From Sandaracinaceae bacterium (GTDB taxonomy: Bacteria; Myxococcota_A; Polyangia; Polyangiales; Sandaracinaceae), in NCBI GenBank assembly GCA_044220955.1, contig JBGAQA010000012.1, positions 19,305 through 83,304 on the forward strand: DNA of 64,000 bases, written 5' to 3'. Positions within the stretch are counted from its first letter, which is position 1, and each line of letters starts with the position of its first letter. Below, in pieces: positions 10,511 to 19,252 of this stretch. The position numbers were made by a program, and so were the translations under genes. Below the pieces are notes generated by a model, which did not search any database, was not told the origin of the DNA, and saw nothing but the letters and a program-made list of their open reading frames with translations.

Positions 10511-12457
10511 TCAGTCCATCCGCTGGTCGCCGTAGTAGCCCATCGCGAGCACGAGCGTGTGGCGGCTCGTGTCGTCCCAGTCGCGCCACGCACCGTCGAC
10601 CACGCGGCGGTACGTGGTCAAGAGGCGCGCGTCGCGGCGCATCGATTCGTCGTGCCAGAGCGTGGCGGCCGCCTCGAGCAGGTCGATCCGCTCGGCGAGC
10701 ACCTGATCGGCGCGCGCCGTGTCGCCGCCCCCGAGCGCCTCGGACGCCTCGCGCAACGTCTCGGCGGCCTGGAAGGCGAGCACGGTGCGCTTCACGGGGC
10801 GACGCACGCTGAGAGCGGCGACCTCGGCGTCCGCCGTGCGCTCGCTGCTCACCGTGACCACGGTGTGCTCGTTCGACGCGGTGCCCAGATCCTTGAAGTC
10901 GAGCGAGACGCGCGCGATCTCGGTCTCGCCGGTGCCGGGCGGCACGATCAGCTCGAGGAGGACGAGGTGCTGGTCGCCGCGCCGGAACGAGGGGATGTGC
11001 ATGCGCAGACCGCGCTCGTCGTCCTCTTGCCGGTCACGCGCGATGCCGAGCTCCCGGGCCACGCGGGCGTCGACCGCGACCTCGGTCGCGCGCTCCCGGG
11101 CGGCCTCGGCCTGATCGAGCACACGCGAGCCGTAGACGCGCGCGACCTGCACGCCGGGGGCGACCTCGATGCGCAGCCGCAGATCCTGTGCGACCGCGAG
11201 CGCGCGCTCGTCGAGCTCCTCGGTGAGGATCGGCGCGATGTCGGCGCTGCGGCGCACGAACTCGTAGCTGCCGCTGCCCTCGCGGGCGATGCCGAGCATC
11301 GTCGCCTCGTCGAAGTCGGTGCCGACGCCGAGCGTCGTCGTGATGATCCCGGCCCCGTCGAACATCGAGCGCGCACGCGCCGCGAGCGAGCCGGGGTCGG
11401 TCGTGCCGACGGTGGCCTGCCCGTCGGAGAGCAGGACGACGAGGAGCACGTCGTTCGGACCTCGCCGCGCCGGCGCGTTGGCCGCGACGACGTCGAGCGC
11501 GTCGCCGATGTTCGTGGCGCCACCCGGGCGCAGGGCGTCGATCGCGGCGTGCGCGGCGCGACGGTCTCCGACACGCGCAGGAGCGCGGTCGAGCGAGGCC
11601 GCTTCCGCGTAGCTGATCAGCCCGAACGTGTCCGACGGCGCGAGCCGGTCGACCAGCGCGTGGGCGGCTGCGATGGCGTTCGTCCATTTCTCGCCAGCCA
11701 TCGAGCCCGATCGGTCGAGCACGAGGCGCACGTCCATGCGGGGCCGGCGCGGACGCTCGCCCTGCCGCGCGACCAGGGCGATCTGCATGTGCACGTGCTC
11801 ACCGTCCTGGCGCAGGCGCGTGCGCTCGAGCTCGGCGTAGAGCGCGACCGCGTGCGCGGCCGGGACCGGATACGGCAGACGGCCGAGCTCCTCGAACGCG
11901 CCGAGGCGCACGCGCTCGCCGTCCACCACGACACCGCGGTCCATCAGATCGTCGAGGCGGCTCGCGGCGCCGTGACCCGCGACGAAGGTCGAGGCGAGCA
12001 CGCCCGAGGTGGGCAGCGCGGTCGCGGGCGGAGGCGGGGCCGCGCGCGGCGCTGACAGGCCGTCGAGGCCCGCCAGCGGATCGCCGAAGCCCGCGCGCGC
12101 CGCACCGTGACCGACGTCACCGCCCGTCGCGCGCCCGAGCGCCCCTGCTCCCGCGGACGCGCGCGTGGCCGGCGGCGGGGCCGCGGCGAGCGGCAGCGCG
12201 GCCCCAGGCGCGGCGACCTCGACCGGCTCCTCGTCCGTCGCGACGTCGGCCTCGAGCGTGGGCGCGAGGGCCTGCGTCGGATCGCCCGGCGCGCGGTCCG
12301 ACGGGCCCCGCGCGGCCCCACGCCCCGAGGTCCGAGGCGCAGGGGCGCCCTCCCCGGAAGTCGCACCGAGCGAGAGCGCGCCGGCGGCACCGAGCGCGAG
12401 CGCCACCGTCAGGACCGCCGCCCAGGCACCGGCCGCCGTCTTGGGACTGTTCTGCAT
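10511..12457 (-). CDS. VWA domain-containing exported protein
   Basis: MIDAS DRSGSM, GGATNIG, LLSDG, TLGVG; start uncertain (12457 or 12502). Confidence 0.88.
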   Translation of the reverse strand: MQNSPKTAAGAWAAVLTVALALGAAGALSLGATSGEGAPAPRTSGRGAARGPSDRAPGDPTQALAPTLEADVATDEEPVEVAAPGAALPLAAAPPPATRASAGAGALGRATGGDVGHGAARAGFGDPLAGLDGLSAPRAAPPPPATALPTSGVLASTFVAGHGAASRLDDLMDRGVVVDGERVRLGAFEELGRLPYPVPAAHAVALYAELERTRLRQDGEHVHMQIALVARQGERPRRPRMDVRLVLDRSGSMAGEKWTNAIAAAHALVDRLAPSDTFGLISYAEAASLDRAPARVGDRRAAHAAIDALRPGGATNIGDALDVVAANAPARRGPNDVLLVVLLSDGQATVGTTDPGSLAARARSMFDGAGIITTTLGVGTDFDEATMLGIAREGSGSYEFVRRSADIAPILTEELDERALAVAQDLRLRIEVAPGVQVARVYGSRVLDQAEAARERATEVAVDARVARELGIARDRQEDDERGLRMHIPSFRRGDQHLVLLELIVPPGTGETEIARVSLDFKDLGTASNEHTVVTVSSERTADAEVAALSVRRPVKRTVLAFQAAETLREASEALGGGDTARADQVLAERIDLLEAAATLWHDESMRRDARLLTTYRRVVDGAWRDWDDTSRHTLVLAMGYYGDQRMD

Positions 12458-12545
12458 GATCCCTCCGGCGTCCGACACGGCGGGCACCGGGATCTTGGAC
12501 ATCCAGGCCGTGCCGCCGTTCCGGCGCACGTGATAGCGTCGCCAC

Positions 12546-12818
12546 GTGCTCGCCGCCGAAGAGCTCGCGCGCCTCGCGTCGGAAGCGCTCTCCCTCGCGC
12601 TCTGGGTCTCGGCGCCCGCGCTGGGCGCGGGCCTCGTCGTGGGCCTGATCGTCGCGATGCTCTCGGCGGCCACGCAGGTGCAGGAGCAGGCGCTCTCGCA
12701 CGTACCCAGGATGGCCGCGGTGGCGCTCGTGCTCCTCGCCGCCGGGGGCTGGATGTCCGAAGAGATCGCGCACTTCACGCGCGAGCTCTTCACCGCGCTG
12801 CCGACGCTCGTGCGCTGA
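12546..12818 (+). CDS. FliQ/SctS family export-gate subunit
   Basis: 90 aa, PALGAGLVVGLIVAMLSAATQVQEQALSHVPR matches the FliQ/EscS signature. Confidence 0.88.
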   Translation: MLAAEELARLASEALSLALWVSAPALGAGLVVGLIVAMLSAATQVQEQALSHVPRMAAVALVLLAAGGWMSEEIAHFTRELFTALPTLVR

Positions 12819-12819
12819 G

Positions 12820-13581
12820 ATGGACGAGGCGCTCGCGGCGCTCGGGCTCGAGGGACCGCCGGCGGCCGTCGTCGCGTGCGCGCTGCTGCTCGCGGCACGC
12901 CTGGCACCGGTCGCGTGGCTCGCGCCCTACCTCGCGCCCGCGGGCAGCCCGGGCGTGGTGCGCGTGGCCACGCTCGGGGCGATGGTGGTGGCGCTGCTCG
13001 GGATCGCGTCGGCCGGCGCGACGGTCCCGCAGTCGCTCGCCGGTCTCGCCCTCGCTCTCGCGCGCGAGGCGACGGTCGGCGTTGCGCTGGCAGTGATCAC
13101 GAGCGTGCCCGTCGTGGCGCTCGAGCACGTCGGGCGCAGCCTCGATGCGTGGCGGCCGAGCCGGCAAGACGTGGAAGGGACGTACGCTCGCCTGTTCGCG
13201 GCGCTGGCGGCGGCGGCGTTCGTGGCGATCGGCGGCGTGCGGGTCGTGATGCGCGCCCTCGGCGAGCAGCTCGTCGCCGTGCCGCTCGGCACGTCCCTCG
13301 AGGCCTCGGGCGCGCAGTCGATGGCGCTCGGGACGGCGCGGGTGATCGCCACGGCCGCCGCGTTCGCCGTCTCGCTCGCCGCGCCGGCGCTCGTGGCCCT
13401 GGTGGCGGCGGAGCTCGGCATCGCGATCGCGGTCCGCGCGGCGCGGCTGGGGCGTGCGCTCGACCTCGCGGTCGGCCTGCGAGGAGGGCTCGTGCTGGGC
13501 GCGGCGCTGCTGGCGCTCGCGGCCGCGCTCCCGGAGCTGCCCGCGCTCACGCGCTGGGCGCTGGCGCAGCTCGCGACCTGA
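12820..13581 (+). CDS. FliR/SctT-like export-gate subunit (divergent)
   Basis: 253 aa hydrophobic protein directly after FliQ-like gene; ARLAP...P, REATVG, GRSLD, SLAAP...AELG pattern. Confidence 0.75.
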   Translation: MDEALAALGLEGPPAAVVACALLLAARLAPVAWLAPYLAPAGSPGVVRVATLGAMVVALLGIASAGATVPQSLAGLALALAREATVGVALAVITSVPVVALEHVGRSLDAWRPSRQDVEGTYARLFAALAAAAFVAIGGVRVVMRALGEQLVAVPLGTSLEASGAQSMALGTARVIATAAAFAVSLAAPALVALVAAELGIAIAVRAARLGRALDLAVGLRGGLVLGAALLALAAALPELPALTRWALAQLAT

Positions 13582-13618
13582 GCTCGCGCGGACCGCGAGC
13601 CCGTCGCGGGCCCGAGGT

Positions 13619-13683
13619 GAATCGCGCATCTAGCCGCCGGAACGGAGTGAAAGCGAGGACTTGCGACCCCGTGGAGTGACCCC
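13619..13683 (-). repeat. Solo half-copy (one arm) of the 163-bp element
   Basis: Reverse complement reads GGGGTCACTCCA-N33-GGCGGCTAGATGCGCGATTC. Confidence 0.85.
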
Positions 13684-13694
13684 GTGATCGGTGA

Positions 13695-14354
13695 TCAGTC
13701 GGGGTCGGCGACGCACCAGGTGTCGCCCTCGCGGACGAGCTCCACGCGGAAGCGCTCTCCGTAGGGCAGGGTCGCGCGCTCGCCGTGCTCCTCGATGTCG
13801 GCGTCGAGCGCCGCGCGCATGCCGGCGGCGAGGTGGTCGAGCGCCTCCTCGCCCTCGCCGGCGAGCAGCTGGCGCAGGCCGTCCTCGGTCATGCCCTCCC
13901 GGTCCGCCTCGGGCAGCAGGCGCAAGAGCACGTCCCAGCGCCGCGCCTCGATCGCGCGCACGAACGAGCGCACCGCGTCGCGCGGCGTGCGCTGCGAGTA
14001 CCAGTCGACCACGTCGCTCACGACACGCCAGGTGTCGCCTTCGCGGCGCAGCCGCAGCGTCTCGTGGCTGCCGTACGTGACGCTCGCCTCCTCGTCGGCA
14101 GCGCCGTCGCGCGCGCGCAGGCGCGCGGCAGTGTGCTCGATCTCCGCCTCGTCCGCGAAGAGCGCGCGGAACTCGTCGAGCGTGACCTGCTCCCGGTAGC
14201 GCCGCGACATCAGCCGGTACGCGCCCTCGACGTCGCGGTGCTCGAGCGCGCTCGCGAGCGACGCGATCGCTTCCTCGGGGGTGCGATCTCCCGGCCCTCC
14301 GCCGCACGCGCCGAGCACCACCACCGAGAGCGTCGTCAGCGCGAGCCGCCGCAT
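13695..14354 (-). CDS. Lipoprotein of unknown function
   Basis: Lipobox VLGAC; two similar TPxxA...W repeats; cotranscribed position after ompA-like gene. Confidence 0.75.
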   Translation of the reverse strand: MRRLALTTLSVVVLGACGGGPGDRTPEEAIASLASALEHRDVEGAYRLMSRRYREQVTLDEFRALFADEAEIEHTAARLRARDGAADEEASVTYGSHETLRLRREGDTWRVVSDVVDWYSQRTPRDAVRSFVRAIEARRWDVLLRLLPEADREGMTEDGLRQLLAGEGEEALDHLAAGMRAALDADIEEHGERATLPYGERFRVELVREGDTWCVADPD

Positions 14355-14360
14355 GCGCGC

Positions 14361-16109
14361 TCAGTGCGGGCGACGGCGCGCACCGGTCGGCGGCGGGCTG
14401 CCGGTCGCCGGCTCGCCAGGGCGCAGGATCGTGAACTCGACGCGCCGGTTCAGCGCACGGCCCTCCGGATCGTCGTTGGGCGCGACCTCGTGCTGGTCGC
14501 CGTACCCGCGGAACTCGAGGCGGTCGCGCGAGACGCCACGGCCGACGAGGTATTCCACGACCGCGCGCGCGCGGCGGTAGCTGAGATCGAGGTTGTACGC
14601 GGGCGTGCCGGCGCTGTCGGTGTGGCCCTCGACCCGGATGCGCAGGTCGGCCGAGAGCGCGTTGATGACCTCCGCGACCTGGTCGAGCAGCGGCATCGAG
14701 ACCGGACGGATCGTGTCGGTGTCGTACTCGAAGTAGATCGTCTCGCCGATCAGGATGCGCGTGTCCGACACCGTGACCGGAGCGGTGCGCGGTCCCGGCT
14801 CGGGGCACCCGTCCTCGTCCTCGAACTCGTCATCGTCCTCGGGATCCATCGGACAGTGGTCGAGGCCGTCGGGGACGCCGTCCTCGTCGTTGTCCGGCTC
14901 GGGGCAGCCGTCCTCGTCGTTCCAGTCGTCGTCGTCCTCGGACTGCGAGGGGCAGACGTCCGTCGCGTCGGGCACGCCGTCGGCGTCGTTGTCGACCTCG
15001 GCGCAGCCGTCGTCGTCCGCGAAGCCGTCCATGTCCTCGGCGTCGTTCGGGCACGCGTCGAGCGCGTCCTCGATGCCGTCGGCGTCGTTGTCCGGATCGA
15101 GGCAGAAGTCGCCGTCCTGGAAGCCGTCCTCGTCCTCCGGGCCGCCGGCGCAGGCGTTCTGCTCGATCGCGTAGCGCAGGATCGCGAAGCCGCGCACCGA
15201 GGGCGAGCCGTAACCCGCGACGACGCCGGTGCCCGCGCCGAGATCGATCGTCAGCCCTGCGACCGGACGGATGCGCAGGCCGCCGTCGACCTCCATCGGC
15301 GTCTCGGCCGAGCCGATCCGCTGTCCTCCGAAGCCCGTGCGGCCACCGATGCCTGCGCGCAGCTGCGCCTCGGCGACGACGGCGAGCTCGGTGATGATCG
15401 GCACGGCGCCGCCGAACGTGAGCTGCAGCTCGTCGTCCTGCTCGAAGTCCGCGAGGGCCCGCCGCTGTCGCATCCGGTAGCCGAGCGAGGCGCCGATCTG
15501 CACCGGTCCCGGATCCCAGGCGAAGACGAGCTCCGGGTAGAGCGTCCAGAAGCGGTTGCCGAGGAACTCGGGCGTGTCGCCCATCGGCAGGCCGACGACG
15601 AGGCGCGCCGCGAGCCCGACCTCGCCGCGCAGGATGGGCACCTTCGCCGAGAGCCGCAGGTCGCTCAGCCCGGCCACGGTGCCGTACTGGAACGTGGAGC
15701 CCGCGCCGCTCAGCAGCGTGTCGGTACGCGTCTCGGCGAACCCCACGCCCACCGGCAGCGCGAGGCCGAGCTCGAGGTACTCGAACAGACCGAGCGAGGC
15801 GAGCACGTCGGCCTGCATCAGCCCGCGGACGACGTCGTCGGGCGACATGCCGTCCGAGTGCGTGCGCACGAAGGGCTGGTGCGCGTAGCTCGCGCCGAGC
15901 CCGAAGGTGGCCGTGAGGTGGTGCGTGACGCCGGGCCGGTCGAGCGTGAAGCCGGTGCCCGTGCTGGGCGTGGGCAGGAAGAGCTGCACGTCGAGCTGTC
16001 GATCGGTCTGTGCGGCGGCGGACGCCGGCAGGGCCGCGAACGCCAGCAGCGTCGCGGTCGCGACGGCGAGCGAGCGCGTCCTGTCCAGGCCCCCGAAGCT
16101 AGGCACCAC
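14361..16109 (-). CDS. OmpA family outer-membrane protein with thrombospondin type-3 Ca-binding repeats
   Basis: Repeats DNDxDGxxDxxDxCPxxxED...DGCP; OmpA C-domain VEGHTD, NLDLSYRRA, NRRVEF. Confidence 0.93.
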   Translation of the reverse strand: MVPSFGGLDRTRSLAVATATLLAFAALPASAAAQTDRQLDVQLFLPTPSTGTGFTLDRPGVTHHLTATFGLGASYAHQPFVRTHSDGMSPDDVVRGLMQADVLASLGLFEYLELGLALPVGVGFAETRTDTLLSGAGSTFQYGTVAGLSDLRLSAKVPILRGEVGLAARLVVGLPMGDTPEFLGNRFWTLYPELVFAWDPGPVQIGASLGYRMRQRRALADFEQDDELQLTFGGAVPIITELAVVAEAQLRAGIGGRTGFGGQRIGSAETPMEVDGGLRIRPVAGLTIDLGAGTGVVAGYGSPSVRGFAILRYAIEQNACAGGPEDEDGFQDGDFCLDPDNDADGIEDALDACPNDAEDMDGFADDDGCAEVDNDADGVPDATDVCPSQSEDDDDWNDEDGCPEPDNDEDGVPDGLDHCPMDPEDDDEFEDEDGCPEPGPRTAPVTVSDTRILIGETIYFEYDTDTIRPVSMPLLDQVAEVINALSADLRIRVEGHTDSAGTPAYNLDLSYRRARAVVEYLVGRGVSRDRLEFRGYGDQHEVAPNDDPEGRALNRRVEFTILRPGEPATGSPPPTGARRRPH

Positions 16110-16185
16110 GGGCCCGATCCTACCGGGGCGGCCCGCGGATTCCAAAGACTTCTACGAGACGGCCGCCGCGCGATACCCTCGCGCG

Positions 16186-16467
16186 ATGCGCGCGCTCGCG
16201 ACGATCCTGGTGCTGTCGGCCGCCGGCTGTGGAGGGGGTGAGCCACCCCCTGCCCCTGCAGCGCCCTCGTCGGTCGCGCCCCCGCCACCGGCGGCGACCC
16301 AGGCCCTGGCGCCCGCGCCGGAGCCGGTGCTGGAGGCGCCAGCGCCGGCGGCGCCCGCCGACGACGAGATCCGGGATCCGTCCGAGGCGGCCACGCAGCG
16401 CGTCGACGAGCTGCTCCAGCGGGCGCTCGACGGAGAGCCCCTGCACGACGAGGCTGCGGGATCCTGA
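16186..16467 (+). CDS. Small Pro/Ala-rich lipoprotein
   Basis: Lipobox SAAGC; TACCCT box 6 nt upstream. Confidence 0.6.
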   Translation: MRALATILVLSAAGCGGGEPPPAPAAPSSVAPPPPAATQALAPAPEPVLEAPAPAAPADDEIRDPSEAATQRVDELLQRALDGEPLHDEAAGS

Positions 16468-16483
16468 CGCCGGCGCGGCGCGC

Positions 16484-17443
16484 TCAGCGACCTCGGAGCG
16501 CGGCCAGCGCCGCCTCGAGATCCGCGGGCAGCGCTGCCTCGAAGCGCAGCGCGGCGCCGGTGACCGGGTGAGGAAACCCGAGCACGGCCGCGTGGAGCGC
16601 CTGGCGCCCGAGGGCCTCGGCCGCAGCGCGCAGCCGCGTATCGCGCGCTCGCGTGGCGTAGACGGGATCGCCGAGCAGCGGGTAGCCGTGCTCGGCGAGG
16701 TGGACGCGGATCTGGTGCGTGCGCCCGGTCTCGAGGCGGCAGCGGAGCAGCGTCGCGGCGTGCAGCGGCTCGAGCCGCTCGACGTGGGTCACGGCCCGCC
16801 GCCCGCGCGTGACCTTGGACGTGAACCGCTTCCGATCCCGGGGGTGTCGGCCGTGCAGCGTGTCGTACGTCGCCGACGCCGGGTGCTCACCGACGGCGAT
16901 CGCGAGATAGCTGCGCTCGAGGTCGTGCGCCGCGAAGCGCACGCGCAGCGACTCTCGCGCCGCGGGCGTCTTGGCGATGACCATCACGCCGCTCGTGTCC
17001 TTGTCGAGCCGGTGCACGATGCCGGGACGCCCGGGGTCGGCCGCGTCGTCGGCGTCCACCTCGCCGCCCACGTGGTGCAGGTACGCGTTCACGAGCGTTC
17101 CCGACGCGTGACCCGGCGCGGGGTGCACGACCAGGCCGGCGGGCTTGTCGACCACGAGCAGGTGCGCGTCCTCGAAGAGGATCGTCAGCGGGATGTCCTC
17201 GGGGAGGGCGTCGGTGCTCGCGGGCGGCAGGGGGCTCGCCTCGATCCGTGCGCCCGGGCGCAGCTTCGTCTTCGGGCTCGCGACGACGCCGTCGACGACG
17301 ACGCGCCCTGCCTCGATCCAGCGCTGGACCTCCGAGCGCGAGTGCTCGGGGAAGCGGCCGGCGAGCACCCGATCGATGCGCTCCCGCGCTTCGGCCGCGA
17401 GGACCACGATCACGCGGCTCGACGCCCTCGCGTCGATCACCAC
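16484..17443 (-). CDS. rluD: 23S rRNA pseudouridine synthase RluD
   Basis: S4 domain, VVDKPAGLVVHP, HRLDKDTSG, TGRTHQIRVH, QALHA. Confidence 0.92.
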   Translation of the reverse strand: MVIDARASSRVIVVLAAEARERIDRVLAGRFPEHSRSEVQRWIEAGRVVVDGVVASPKTKLRPGARIEASPLPPASTDALPEDIPLTILFEDAHLLVVDKPAGLVVHPAPGHASGTLVNAYLHHVGGEVDADDAADPGRPGIVHRLDKDTSGVMVIAKTPAARESLRVRFAAHDLERSYLAIAVGEHPASATYDTLHGRHPRDRKRFTSKVTRGRRAVTHVERLEPLHAATLLRCRLETGRTHQIRVHLAEHGYPLLGDPVYATRARDTRLRAAAEALGRQALHAAVLGFPHPVTGAALRFEAALPADLEAALAALRGR

Positions 17444-17700
17444 ATCTTGGACTGAACGTGCCCCTTGTACCGGACGATGATGTCGATGAGGGCGCGGTCG
17501 TAGAAGCCCTTCACGAAGAGCTCGGGGGCGACGCGGCTCTTGAAGAGCGCGCGTCCTTCCTCGATCTCCTCGGCGAGCGTGTCGAAGAGATTGTCGCCCT
17601 CGATGCCGCGGACGATCTTCTCCTCGTTGTAGAGCGAGAGGTCGCTGGCGATGGCGCGCGCGAGCCTGCGGGCAGCGTCGTCGGTCTCGATCAGGGCCAT
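17437..17700 (-). CDS. romX: RomX-like polarity protein (partner of RomR in the MglA GEF complex)
   Basis: 87 aa RLARAIASDLSLYNEEKI...EEGR...KSRV...HVQSKMW, matching my recollection of Myxococcus RomX; GAGGAGG RBS; adjacent to rluD. Confidence 0.82.
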   Translation of the reverse strand: MALIETDDAARRLARAIASDLSLYNEEKIVRGIEGDNLFDTLAEEIEEGRALFKSRVAPELFVKGFYDRALIDIIVRYKGHVQSKMW

Positions 17701-17754
17701 CCTCAACCTCCTCGTGGGCGGAGAGTCATCGTTATCAGCGAGCGGGCCTCGCTG

Positions 17755-17991
17755 TCAAAGTACGTAGGAGATCGCCACGTCCCCGGCCGCCGCCCGCCGG
17801 ACCAGCGGCTCGATGACGCGCTCCTTCACGATCCCGACCCCAGGGTCGCCGCGCAGCGCGCCCGTCAGCGTGAGCGCGACGCGCGAACCGTCTTCGGCGA
17901 CCTCGACGACCGTCACTCCCGCGCCGTCGGCCTCGAGGAGGGGGCGCAGGATCTCGTCGATCGCGCGCACGATGTCGCTCTTGCGGCTCAT
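17755..17991 (-). CDS. NifU-C-like domain protein lacking the CxxC motif
   Basis: IDEILRPLLEADGAGV...LTGALRGDPG...IEP follows the NifU-C pattern with GACxGCP replaced. Confidence 0.7.
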   Translation of the reverse strand: MSRKSDIVRAIDEILRPLLEADGAGVTVVEVAEDGSRVALTLTGALRGDPGVGIVKERVIEPLVRRAAAGDVAISYVL

Positions 17992-18081
17992 GAGCGGACG
18001 CAGCCTATCACGCGTCCGAGCGAGCTTGACCCGCGCGAATTGGCGGCAGTACGGTCCGGTGACTGCTTCAGGAGGCTCCCC

Positions 18082-19251
18082 GTGGATCATCGCCGTTCGT
18101 CCTCGCTGCTCGTGGGTTTGCTCGTGACGGCGGCGAGCGCCGGATGCGGCGGGGGAGGCACGACGATGACCCCCGACGCGGGCTCGGGCGACGCCGTGCT
18201 CTACGACGACCTCGCGCCCACGTGCTCGATGACCTGCAACGCGGGGCAGGTGCTGACCGCGTGCGTCTGCACGCCTCAGGTCTACGGCGCCGGCTTCGAG
18301 ACCGTGCGGACCGCGTGCTCGCAGATCGCGACCGGCCGCCCGCGCACTCCGGCACGCGACTACTGCGTCGACGGCGCGAGCGGGATGCCGCCCGACCTGA
18401 GCTGCATGATGACCCCGCCGGTGCACGGCACGCCGCAGATGGTCACCCTGTTCGGCGTCGTCGACGTCTTCGCGAACGGCGGCGACTCGAACAACATCAC
18501 CGTGGAGGTGTTCCAGGAGGGCGCTGGCGGCGCGCTCGGGGCGATGGTCGGGTCCTATACGTCGACCGTCGGCATGGAGAGCGGCGCGACGGCCGGTTGC
18601 TCGGAGACGGAGCAGCTCGTCAACTCCGACGGGACGATCCGGACGGGCGAGACGCGGCAGCTCGGCTTCTTCCACATCGAGATGGTCCCCACCGAGACCC
18701 CGCTGATCCTCCGTACGCAGGGCGACGCCGGCCTGTGGAGCCCGCTCTACACGTACAACTTCCAGATCCTGAATTCGGAGGTGAGGCCGCTGCCGAGCGC
18801 GATCACGGCGTGCATCGCCGGCGCTCCCACCGGGATGGGCTTCGACTACCGGATGCGCGTGCTCTCGCGCGCCGACTACCAGTCCATCCCGCTGACGGCC
18901 GGGCTCGCCAGCGGCATCCGCTCGGGTCACGGGGCGCTCGCGGGCGAGGTGCACGACTGCGCCGACGTCCGCCTCGAGTGGGCGCAGGTCGGCATGACGG
19001 GCAACCCGATGTCGCGCGTCTACTTCAACGACATCGCCGACAACCCGCTGCCGGCGGTCGGCCGCACGCAGGGCACGAGCCTGCTCGGCCTCTACTCCGG
19101 GCTCGACATCGTCCCGGGTCCGGTCGACGTCGCCGCCATCGGCTACGTGGGCGGCCAGACCGTCTCGCTCGGCTGGTACCACGCGCAGGTGTTCGCGGAC
19201 GCCGTGACCGTGGTGTCGCTCCGCGGCATCCGCGCCACGCAGGTGCCCTGA
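18082..19251 (+). CDS. Cys-containing lipoprotein of unknown function
   Basis: GGAGG RBS, lipobox ASAGC, normal codon usage. Confidence 0.75.
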   Translation: MDHRRSSSLLVGLLVTAASAGCGGGGTTMTPDAGSGDAVLYDDLAPTCSMTCNAGQVLTACVCTPQVYGAGFETVRTACSQIATGRPRTPARDYCVDGASGMPPDLSCMMTPPVHGTPQMVTLFGVVDVFANGGDSNNITVEVFQEGAGGALGAMVGSYTSTVGMESGATAGCSETEQLVNSDGTIRTGETRQLGFFHIEMVPTETPLILRTQGDAGLWSPLYTYNFQILNSEVRPLPSAITACIAGAPTGMGFDYRMRVLSRADYQSIPLTAGLASGIRSGHGALAGEVHDCADVRLEWAQVGMTGNPMSRVYFNDIADNPLPAVGRTQGTSLLGLYSGLDIVPGPVDVAAIGYVGGQTVSLGWYHAQVFADAVTVVSLRGIRATQVP

Positions 19252-19252
19252 C

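Noticed and set aside
14800..15140. Repetitive GTCGTC/TCCTCG-rich DNA
   Set aside because: Explained by coding TSP3 Asp-rich repeats of the OmpA protein
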